A model generated the notes under the pieces. The model saw nothing but the letters and a program-made list of their open reading frames with translations. It had not been told where the DNA came from and did not search any database. A DNA stretch of 64,000 nucleotides from Macrostomum lignano (lineage: Eukaryota), in the NCBI GenBank assembly GCA_002269645.1, contig NIVC01001180.1, positions 248,997-312,996 of the forward strand. The letters are read 5' to 3'. The translations under genes were made by a program, and so were the position numbers. Shown one piece after another: positions 1 to 11,000 of the stretch (position 1 is the first letter of the stretch; every line of letters begins with the position of its first letter).

Positions 1-1613
1 ATTCTCCTCCTCTGACAATAATGTCTCTGGCAGAAGCAAGCTGACAATATAGCAAAAAACTTGTATAGTTTAGACTCTGCACTCATTCATTATAGTGTCA
101 CCTACTAGATTTAATAGACAGATAACAAAAATTCTATAATAGGTAGTCTGATTCCCTATATCCACAAAGCTTTCCTGATGCTGCCTTTTATTTGGTGAGG
201 GCAGACTTGGCACTACCATTGTTCTAGATTGTAATTGAGACTATCTTGCTATGCAATTGCAAAGTCAAATCTAGATGTTGGTAAAGACTTCATTAAATAG
301 CATTTGATGTAGCACATGCTAGCTTGCTATATGTTACCTTCAAAATAAATGAATGATAAGCAAGTACAGTATTGTTAGGCCTAGCCTAGTCCTCTGCTTA
401 AAAATATTAAGATATATACAACTTTAGTTCTACACAGTAAAAACTGTATTAAATACTACATTGATATATGACACATTTTAATGTGGAATTTAATGCGGGA
501 TTCAATGCAAAGTTTCAACATAAAACTAATTGAAGAATTAACAAATTATATAATCTAGACAAAATTAACCATATCTTTTTTATGTTCTTTATTAATAATT
601 AATATTCCTAAGCCTATTCAATATAGAATTCAATATGGGATTTCTTATACTAAACTTGACTTGGCTTCTTAAGCCTATTATTCAATATAGAATTTAACGT
701 CCTTGAATAGAAAAAAAAATAGACCATTTTGTCCTTGTCTAATAGGGAGTATTTTGTTATTGTATGGCATCCCCTATGTATCAATGATTAAGGCAGGATA
801 GCACTGTGCCTGCGTCAAATGCATCTAGCCTTCAATGCAGACCAATACAATAGCCAATAAGGCTTCTTTTTCCTGAGGGGTTTCGACATGCAATTTGCTT
901 GATTGAAAGACTTGTAGTGAAAAACATTCAAATGTGTGTTGTGTTTTTCTGTGAATCTTTTTCTTTTTTTAAATGGCAAAAATTAAGTTCAAAATGCATT
1001 TTTTTGTTTTTTTCTCCCCAGGGTCTCTAGTCCAGTTCTCCAAGAAGTATTCCCTGACAAGCTCCTTGGGACCCTGGGGAGCACTCCCTGGGGTTGACAT
1101 CCCTTATTTGGAAAGTTAGGTAATTGTTAGATTGCAAGGCAATAAAGTCATTGCTAGCAAATATCACTTTTTGTTGTACAATACAATAAGGTTACAGCCT
1201 TTTTTATGTGACACTTTTATGTAGAATGTCTAGAGTAGTTTCCAGTTTTCCTCTTGACACATTTGGGACACACCCTCAAGATATGTAATGTTTTATGATT
1301 TTTATGAAGTCAAGTCAATTTATTACCTTTAAATTATTACAAAATATTGTCACCTGACAATGCTGAAGGTTACAGCAAAACATGTTGTGAATAAAAAAAA
1401 TATTTTTTTTATAATATTTGTCAACAATATCAATTGTAAAGAATGCAAATGTTTGCAATTATATTCTTGTTTCTTGCATTCCTTAAGCAAAGTAGCATTC
1501 CTAAAATTTACTTTGTTATAGAATTGACTGAAATTATAGAATCTAGGAAAGCCACTTTTGCTCCACTTTCTTCTATCCACATTGGATAGAGAAGTTTATT
1601 AAAAAGAACAAAA

Positions 1614-2840
1614 CCCTATTGGAATAAGTTTTCAGACACTGTGGACAGTGCATCTAGTGCGCCATGGCAATCATAAAGTGGCCTGGACGGTGCGTCATGA
1701 CAATCTTCAAATCCTAAGGTGGTATGGATGATGTGTCATTCAAATCTTCAAATCCTAGGGTGCCATAGCACTCTAGGTTTAGGTGATATTGTGCATGACT
1801 CCAGTCTCTATCATGTTCATTCTGATGATGCATCACTCGTTTTTGAGAGATTTAAAGAGATTGAGAGAAAGTTGTGTGTTTTACCGCACTTGTGTTTTAC
1901 TGCACTCTGTTCTGTACTGTACTTCTGCCCCCTTCTGTTGTAGTTGTATCTATTTCTTAATTCTTAGTCTACTCGTCTTTTGACTTACAAAGTTACATTG
2001 TTGGTCTATTCAAAGAAAAATAAATAATGTAAATAGTGTGGCAATTGCATCAGTGAGTACTTAAAATAATTACGAACACTGAAACCCTTTACTTCAATTT
2101 GGCTAATCGGTTAATACAAAATGAAGAAACTCCGTGATGAACAACACAGAGTTCACGAACAAACAAAATTGTCTTTGCCTTATCCACACACTTTTTCAGT
2201 AGTAGTTGTAGCACTTTGGCTCGGGTCGGGTTATCAAATCTGATAACTATTTAGCATGGTGTTTCGAAGAATATTTTCACATTTAAATGTCAGCATAAAT
2301 AAATGTACGCGCAACCAATCAAAAAGATAATTAAACAAAGCAGAAAATTTGTTGAGACTTTTAATAGAATTTAGTTTACTTTTTTATTTCTTGCAACTGC
2401 GTTATAAGAGAACATTAAGAGCAATTAGCATTTGGCACTATGTTATAATGTTTATGAGGCAATAAAGAACATTTCTGCTGCGATCTTTCAACTACAATTT
2501 CCAATTTTACGATTAACTTGCATGCATATTCTAGATGACACAGCAATCAATACATATGATAGGAGATATGCTATACTATAGCCCATAGCAATATTATCAA
2601 AGTTATAGAAATTAGAAAAACAAGTTTTACTTACAGTTTGCTGAATTTCCACCGTGCTGCTGACTTTCTCCTGTGCATGCTTCTCATCCTTGTTCAGCAG
2701 CGCTGTATGTAGCGCGTGATGTCCTCCTTGCATCTTACCTGTGAGCTGCTGTGCGTCGCGCGCCATGCGCCATGACTATGAGGAAAAAGAAAAAGTGCGC
2801 CGGACGCCGTCCGCGAAAATACCACTTATTCCAATAGGGG
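1614..2840. mobile_element. Non-autonomous DNA transposon (1227 bp) with perfect 15-bp TIRs and an 8-bp target-site duplication; superfamily unresolved
   Basis: CCCTATTGGAATAAG at 1614-1628 and its exact reverse complement CTTATTCCAATAGGG at 2826-2840. GAACAAAA flanks both ends (1606-1613 and 2841-2848). No transposase ORF inside. Confidence 0.85.
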
Positions 2841-2999
2841 AACAAAAGATTAATAAAAGGATTTTGAGAATTATATACTTGAGGAAATAATAAAATTGAA
2901 GGTTAGAAAATTATACTTTCATTTCTCCAAAATGTGCCAAAGCTCTGTTTATGATAGGCTTATATTGCAATTTTCTTTATAAAAATATGGCTAAATGTA

Positions 3000-4075
3000 T
3001 ATACTTGCTATATTATTTTTAAGGCCAAGCAGCTTGCACCAGACCAGGCCACTACTAAGAAGCCAGTGATACACATCTGCAATCATTTGGCCATATATAC
3101 AGTCTAAAGCATCAACCACAAGATGCCAAAACTAGAAATGCCAATTTTCATCCAAGGTGAAGATCATGTTGTAGAAATCAACATGGTGATGAATGGCAAA
3201 TTTATCACAAAGTTTTGTGGAGGAAGCAAGGGATACCACCACTAGAAGAAACCAAGTGGTGCTACAAGTTTGCTAGCCAATATGACATGCTAGTCCTGGG
3301 AACTTTAGTTGGCAAAACAACTCTGTCTAGGTAATCTGCTCAGCACAGCATCCAATATACTCCAATATCCAATATATATCCAATGTCACACAGGTGTCTG
3401 ACCTAACCTATTGGGCCAAACTGCAATGAAGCGGTTGGGAATCTTGGTCAATCAACTGATAGGCACTGCAAGTTTTGACCAGCTGGTCAATGTGGTTTTT
3501 GACTACTTGAAGCTAAACAAGGCACTACAGGAAGCCTGCCATAAGCTTTGGATAGATCCTAGATGAGTGGAAAGATAAACTATGTTGCCAGTTGCCTCAA
3601 GGACTTTGAACTGGAGCTTAAGTTCAAGCTAGATACATGGCCAATCTTTTGAAGGCCTGGCCAGTCCTATTTGCTATCCATAAGGAGCTTGAACATGTCT
3701 ATGACAAGGGCATTAGGAAAGGCATCTGGGAGGTAACTGACTTCAACAACTATGGAATGCCAGTGGTCCTAGTGCAAAAGCCTAGCATTAGTTTGACATA
3801 GTAAAAATTCAAGTCTGTAGTAACTACTCTTATATAATAAACCCACAGCTAGATGACAATCTACTGGCTAAAAGCTACCAAAGGAGCTCTTATAGAAGCT
3901 AGGTGGCAGTTATTGCTTCTTGAAAATTAACCTAGCAAATGCCTATAACTAGGTCAAGCTGGGGCCTGTTAGTCAGAGGCAACTAGCCCTAAGCATTTAT
4001 TGCAAGTGTTACTTAAAAAAGATTCACCTTTGGCCCAAAGTCTTCAGTAGGTGAGTTCTAGTCACCTATCTAGGT
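3000..4075 (+). mobile_element. Highly degenerate Ty3/Gypsy pol remnant (protease to N-terminal RT)
   Basis: Manual translation through stops and frameshifts gives NLLGQTAMKRLGI, KDFELELKFKLDTWPIF, KGIWEVTDFNNYGMPVVLVQK and LGGSYCFLKINLANAYN*VKL, matching the remembered Gypsy protease-RT region (..PVV.V.K; ..F.KIDL..AY.Q..L). Confidence 0.7.
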
Positions 4076-4077
4076 AG

Positions 4078-4440
4078 CAAGACTTCAACAATAGGATGGT
4101 AGACCACTTCATTCTAGAGTTTGAAACCAAGAACAAGAAGGATATCAGTGATTATCAGCATGCAATATGGCATTTGCATAATACATATAAGAGAACTAAG
4201 CAAACCCTCAATAGCACTGCCCAGACCAAGATTGAGCTTGATTGTCTATACAAAGGCATAGACTTTTACACAACTATTACGAGGAAACTCTTTGAAGAGC
4301 TAAATTAAAAACTTGTTTTATTGCATGCTTGAACATGTAAAAAAGTTGCTATGTAACACTGAACTAGAGAAAAAATTGATTGATAAGATTGCATTGGTTG
4401 GTGGCTCCATTCATATTCCAAAGATTTAGACACTTCAAAT
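4078..4440 (+). pseudogene. HSP70: HSP70 internal fragment (ATPase domain), pseudogenised
   Basis: [24 protein letters not shown]...[41 protein letters not shown]...IALVGGSIHIPKI*. This aligns with canonical HSP70 EDFDNRMVNHF..EFKRKHKKDIS...[32 protein letters not shown].L...IVLVGGSTRIPK.Q, with two in-frame stops. Confidence 0.9.
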
Positions 4441-7400
4441 AGTGAGTTTTTATATATTTTTGTCTTTTTTTAATATATTCACTTCTAGGCTTAATTATTA
4501 ATGAAGCATACTCTGTGGATTTAGGATTTTGAATATAAGGTATTTATATTTATGGTTTCATTTCATTGCATATTTTAAAAGGGAACTTAAAAATCTTGCT
4601 TATTTAACCTCATATTTGCAAAACTTCTTTAGTGACAAGGAATTCAACATGTCAATTAATCTAGATAAGGCTGTTACCTATGGCACGACTATCTAGATGG
4701 CCATTCTATATAGTGACAAGTAATAGGGTTACCACCACAATCAATTTTTACATTTTTTCTTTTTCGAATAATATAAATTTGTGAGGTCCCTATTGTTTCT
4801 AGACTATTATGCTACCAAAAGAACCTAAAGTTAGCATTTTATTTTATACACTAGGCCCTATTTTTTTTAAAAGATCCTAATAATAATATGCATCTATAGA
4901 TTAAAAATTATAATAATAGGGCCTAGACACCAACCAAGAAAGTTTATATAACATCTGCCTAGGCTAGGCCTAGGGAAAGCTATTGTTTAATTGCTAAGTA
5001 TACCCTATCTTAATATATATACTATATAGGCCCCTAGCTTTAGGCTAGTAAGACTAAGAGGTAAGAATAGATAGGCCTTCAACTTGCAACTTTCCAAAAA
5101 CTTATTACTTTACAAGGCCTAGGCTAACAGAAAATGAAAAATAGGCCAAGCATAAAATGTATTAGAACTAATATTATTGATTAGTATATTATAGGCCCAA
5201 GACATTGCTTTTGATGCAACTAAATTATCATCCCACTTACAAAGGCACAGTGGTCTTTGGCATTGGCTTTATATTAGGCCATTTTATTTTTTTAGCAGCT
5301 TAACACTGGCCTGGGACTGGGTCAAATATTAACTCGAAAATATTCTGCATCAAGCTTTTCATAGGCCTACTTAAATAAGACTTTATCAATAGCAAGTAAA
5401 GCATAAACACCATGCTACGTCTCTACGTAGAGCACAATGCTAAACTTTATCACATGGCTTGATGCCAAATTTTACGGGACAGATTTTGTTATTTTGTCTT
5501 CGGAAGTTTGGTATCATCTTTCTAGTAAAAAGATATTGTGGCAGTGGGGTTGCCACCATTTAATAATTTTATTTTAATAATTTTTTTCCATTTTAAATGC
5601 GCGCCCGTATTTTTTTTTCTTCGTGAATACCAACCCGTGCGTCCAACCATTGTTATATGACATCACCCCCCCCCCTCCTCCTGTTGGCCCCGTGTGTGGA
5701 CCCACCGTTGCTAATCAGTTTCCCATCGTTGGCTAACAGCCTTTTCATTAGTTGGAATTAAGCGGTTCATTTTATATTTTCTGTGTGATTACTCCTTTAA
5801 CCATTGTATGGCCCCCTTGTTGGCTAATCTTTCCCCCATGCTTTGGACGTTGCCCTACTTTTGCTTATATAAACTACTCATGCTCAGTTGCCAATTTTTC
5901 TAACTTTTCTTCTTGCGCGATCGCTCCCTCACTATCTTGTCTGTTTATCTCTACGGTTCATTAATTTATTAGTTTATTAGCGCACCGGCGCCCGTGTATT
6001 CATCATCGTCATTATAATACTCATTAATCCATAAACAACCTGCTTTAAAATTAATAACCAAATTACTTTAATAAATAACAACAAATTAACGCTTAATATT
6101 TATTCCGTTGACTTAAGCCATAGCCTATCTTGAATCCTTTGCCCGTGGGGCGTAAAATAACCGAAATCTCATCTCAAAGAAAGCTCTGAGATCACTAAAA
6201 GTTCCGTAATACGTAAATTACGGTGGTGGCAGCAACTACCCTACTGACAGTAATCAGCTCTGCAAATCGACACATTACTTTACGGTGTCAATCTCCGGTG
6301 TCTACCATCTGAACGACCGTGCCGCTCTAACGACCGCTCTGCTACGATTACGACTACCCTCCCCCCGGAATTTGAGGACCCCGGCTGTCGGAGTAAAAGG
6401 AGAAGAAATTCGTTGTGATTCGTCTGCGCGATTTTCCGGTTTTATTCGTGCGAACGCAACGCTACCGGTTTCGAAGAATTACCGGCCGACCTCCAAATTT
6501 CAAACCTTGTTAAAACTTCTCCACCCCCACCTCAATATAAATATCAGATCAGAAACTGGAGTTTGTGCGAGAGGAATTACAGTACTCGTAAATATTGCAA
6601 TATTTAATATTTATTCCATATCTATGAACTGTATGTGTGGTTGTTTGTATATTTTAAATGACAAAATATTTTTGGTAACGTAAGTGTTTGTTTAAAAGCA
6701 TAGTTACTGCCGTAGAAAAAAATAAGGCACAAAAACCGAGTGAGAAATTAACCTGAATCCTAGTCCTCGCCTTTCCTTTGTCCCATATGTAAACTCTGAT
6801 TTTAGATGAACCCTCTATTGCTGGCGAACTGAAAGGTCCCGACAGTTTGGTCAAATAAATGTCAGAGGGTATCTTTAAACGTATTTTAGTCGCTTCTAGC
6901 ATTTGCTCTTTGAAATTCAGTCGCACTATGTATAGCTGCGAATAGTTTAATAGGTCGACTTCTAAATTAATAGGCTCACTAGCTCTGAGCTGGGAGACTT
7001 CGTGTGGAAAATGAAGTAATTTTCAAGTACTTTATAGTAAATCCCAACACAGCAGCTGACTGAATTATCTGCTGTAAGTCACAACTCGGAGGACCAGTCT
7101 TCATTGTGCAAAACATTGTACGCAAAGCTTTATACTTACACAAGAGTGCCCCAGAAGTTATGAAATACATGCATAAATAACCAAGCCAAAACATGACCAA
7201 GCAATTTTATGTACCAGAGTTAATCACGGACCTACATGTAACCTTGAAAAATGAAATGCTACCTTTCAGCAGTAGCGAGTTACAGGTGTATGCATGTGCC
7301 TGTAGGCGTGAATGCATTATATTTGCAGTACATCAGTGAGAAAGCATCTGAGAGAGTTTAGTTGTCAGGCACAACAGGTGACAGGCAGCATTGAATATAA

Positions 7401-7599
7401 GTTTGTAAATATGGAAAATAATAAGTTAAACAAAATAATAAGCCTGGCTAGCTATTAAGTAATAAACAAAACAGGACATATGGATATATAGGAATCAAGA
7501 CAAGTCTTAAAAACCTCCGTGAAATATTCAAATACAGACTTGCTACACGTACATGCAATACTCCTAGTTATTTAAGAAAGTAATTTTAGCGGGAAAAGC

Positions 7600-7785
7600 A
7601 GCGGCGAATGGCGCACAGAAAATGCACTCGGGTGTATTCACTGTACTTGTTGAGACCCTTGCACTTGTCATTTACTGGCTATGACAAACAAAGGTTGAAA
7701 TAACTCGGCATTGGAAAGATTTCAGGCCTTGGCAGGGACTGAACTGTGAACTACAGATGTCTAAGTGCACACTTAGCTGCTAATC
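7600..7785 (-). mobile_element. Possible decayed tRNA-derived SINE
   Basis: The minus strand has A-box-like TAGCAGCTAAGTG and B-box-like GTTCAGTCCC at tRNA-like spacing; heavily diverged. Confidence 0.3.
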
Positions 7786-7811
7786 AAGAATCTACCGATT
7801 CGTAACAGGTA

Positions 7812-8050
7812 AACTGCCAGTTACAGATTCTACAAACTGCCAATTACAGAATCCACAGACTGCCAACTTCAGAATCCACAAACTGCAAATTTCGCATTCG
7901 ACATACTGCCAATTACAGAATCCACAAACTGCTAATTTTACAATCCACAAACTGCCAATTACAGAATCCACAAACTGCTAATTTTACAATCCACAAACTG
8001 CCAATGTCGAAACAAAAAACCGCCTATTTAGGAATCCACACACTGCCACT
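7812..8050. repeat. Degenerate ~22-23 bp tandem repeat (AATCCACAAACTGCCAATTACAG) just 3' of the HEATR6 stop
   Basis: About 9 imperfect copies visible directly. Confidence 0.85.
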
Positions 8051-8083
8051 ATAAATTTAAATTCCTCACTAATCCACCTCCCC

Positions 8084-11000
8084 TCAGTCGTAGGTCTGTC
8101 TAAAGGCCGACGCTAACGAGGTGGCGTGCAGCGCCTGCTCAGCGCGGGCGCCAGCCAGCAGCTCCAGCAGACGTTGGCAGCAGTTGCCGCCGCCACCGCT
8201 GCCCGCAGCAGCACCGGCCGCCGCCGTCAGATTCGCCTCGGCTGCGTCCAACGCTTCGACAGCGAAATCCGGTTCAAGCAGGGCGGCAGCGGCGCCAGTC
8301 GAAGTTGTCGACGTCGACAAAGAGGCGGACGAGCCGCCGCCGCGGCCAAGGAAGAAGGCCTGGCGGACCTGGGCGCCGCTGTCCCAGACCAAAGCGGCCT
8401 GCGCTGTCCACAGCCGGCTAAGCTGACTGGCCAGCAAATCTATCGGCCCGATCTCGCCGCTAGCGTCGTTAGCAACGTTGCTTAGCAAGGGCGACACAGC
8501 GTCGGCATCGCCGGGCGATAACAGAGAGCAGGCTCGCAGCAGCAGCAGGCAGAGCAGGTAGTCCAGCACGGTCTTGTGAGTCTGCTCGCTGAACGGGATG
8601 TCCATGGAGCGGACGTGGCGGGCGCAGCCAATCACCGAGCCGATCAGGCGAGCCATCGGGTTGCTGGGCTGCTGCTCGGAGGCGGCGGTCAGATCGCCGA
8701 ATTGGCGCCGCTCTTGCAGGGTGAGCAGCGCGCAGGCCGCGTGGATTTTAACCTGGCAAAAGTGTTTAAACGGTAGTTTTATAGCAGGGGTCGGTAAAAT
8801 TTCTTTTACTTCAAGGGTCAGATAGACGAATATGGCGTATGGATGAGGGCCAGGTGAGAGAGGAGAGGAAAGGAGAGAGAGGAGAGAAGAGAGGAGAGGG
8901 GGAGAGGAGAGATGAGGGGAAAGGGGAGAGGAGAGAAAAGACAAACTTGGGGGAAGGATAGAGACCTGAGCTTGCCGACTCCTGTATTAGAGAGTAAGAT
9001 GCTAGATTAATCGCATAGCATTAAAGTGTAGAGATTGAGTACCGGTGCAAAGTCACTTGGGTTCGATTCCACATCAGTTGGCCTAGGGCTTGATGTGCAC
9101 AGCCTGACGATGATACCCATGGTCAGGGCCCCAAAACCTAGAGGTCAGGGACCCAGAGGTCAGGGATCCAGGGGTCAGGGACCTAGGGGTCAGGGACCCA
9201 GGGGTCAGGGACCCAGGGGTCAGGAACCTAGGGGTCAGGGCCTAGGGGTCAGGGCCTAGGGGTCAGGGACCCAGGAGTCAGGGACCCAGGAGTCAGGGAC
9301 CCAGGGGTCAGGGACTCAGGGGTCAGGGACCCAGGGGTCAGGGACCCAGGGGTCAGGGACCCAGGGGTCAGGGACCCAGGGGTCAGGGACCCAGGGGTCA
9401 GGGACCCAGGGGTCAGGGACCCAGGGGTCAGGGACCCAGGGGTCAGGGACCCAGGGGTCAGGGACCCAGGGGTCAGGGACCCAGGGGTCAGGGACCCAGG
9501 GGTCAGGGACCCAGGGGTCAGGGACCCAGGGGTCAGGGACCCAGGGGTCAGGGACCTAGGGGTCAGGGCCTAGGGGTCAGGGCCAAGGGGTCAGGGCCTA
9601 GGGGTCAGGGACCCAGGAGTCAGGGACCCAGGAGTCAGGGACCCAGGGGTCAGGGACTCAGGGGTCAGGGACCCAGGGGTCAGGGACCCAGGGGTCAGGG
9701 ACCCAGGGGTCAGGGACTTAGGGGTCAGGGACCCAGCGGTAACGGATCCTGGGGTCAGGTGCCCGCCTGGGGTCAGGATTACAGAACTAAGCCTCCCTCA
9801 CCTTGAAGTACTTATCGGATTGCAGTGCACCTAGCAGGGCGGAGTGCAGGCACAGAGTCCAAGGCTCTCCAACTGGCAGGCAGCCAAAGGCGCACCGGAT
9901 AGCCAGCGAGGCGTTCCACCGGACCCTGGCGCTGGCCGAGTCGGCGCCGCCCGGCGTCACGAGGTTGGCCAGCCCGGTAGCTGCCTGCTCCATGCAGGCC
10001 CGCAGGTGGCCTCTGCCTCCGCTGCCGCTAGCCGCCGATTCCAAATAGTCCGAGCACAGCGCAGCCAGGCAGAACAAATTGCCCAATAGGCGGGCGGCAT
10101 TTTCTCGAACTTTTGGCGCATCGGCGCAGAGATTCATGCCGGCTAGGAATAGGCGAACTAGATCGGCCTCGGATAGCAACGGCGGCGACGGCGGATAGCG
10201 CGACTGATCGGACAGGGCTAGGAGAGCCTCCGAGGCCTGTGGGACGCGGAACCGGGTAGGTAGTTAGGAAGAAAGTACACCAGGTAGATAGGGGGAGAAG
10301 GCACACCGGGTAGATGGGGGAGAAAGTACACCCGGTAGATGGGGGAGAAAGTACACCGGATAGATGGGGGGGAGAAAGTACACTGGGTAGATGGGGGGAG
10401 AAAGTACACCGGGTAGATGGGGGGAGAAAGTACACCGGGTAGATGGGGGAGAAAGTACACCGTTAAGATAGGGGAGAAAGTACATCGGGAACATGAATGA
10501 CAATTAGAAAGGGGACAAAAGGGTCACAGCAACGGAAATAATGGCAATAAAGGTAATAACTGCCAACCTGAGCCAGCGACCAGGCGGCCTGGGCGCGCAC
10601 CACAAGCGACTCGATGCCGGCGCACAGGTCGGCGAAGCGCCAGACCAGCGCCAGCAGTCTTCGGCCATTATTCTCGAATCGAATTGGGCCAAGAGCAGTC
10701 CAGGCGCCCAGAGCTCGAACAGCGGCGGCTCGGACAGTGTTGAGGCCGTCCTGGCAGAGCGCCAGCAGGGCCTGGAAGGCGTCGCCGAGTAGCTCGGACG
10801 GTAGATTGGCCGACGAAGCGTCGTCAAGCAGCGCGAGGCATTCGGCAGCGGCGGAGCGGACGCTGTAGTGGGCGGCCGGTTGCAGGCAGGACAGCAGGGC
10901 TGGCAGGAAGGCTGACCAGACAGGGGCGGCAGCCTCCGCGGGCGGCAGCGAGGTCAGCAGAGCGTCGAGAGCGCGGACTGAGGCGGCGCGGACAGCCCGG

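Noticed and set aside
5540-6246. hAT-like TIR pair CAGTGGGGTTGCCACC / GGTGGCAGCAACTACCCTACTG
   Set aside because: Only a partial match, with no target-site duplication.
9040-9075. GGTTCGATTCC B-box suggesting a tRNA gene
   Set aside because: No cloverleaf or clear A box can be built; at most a SINE-head relic.
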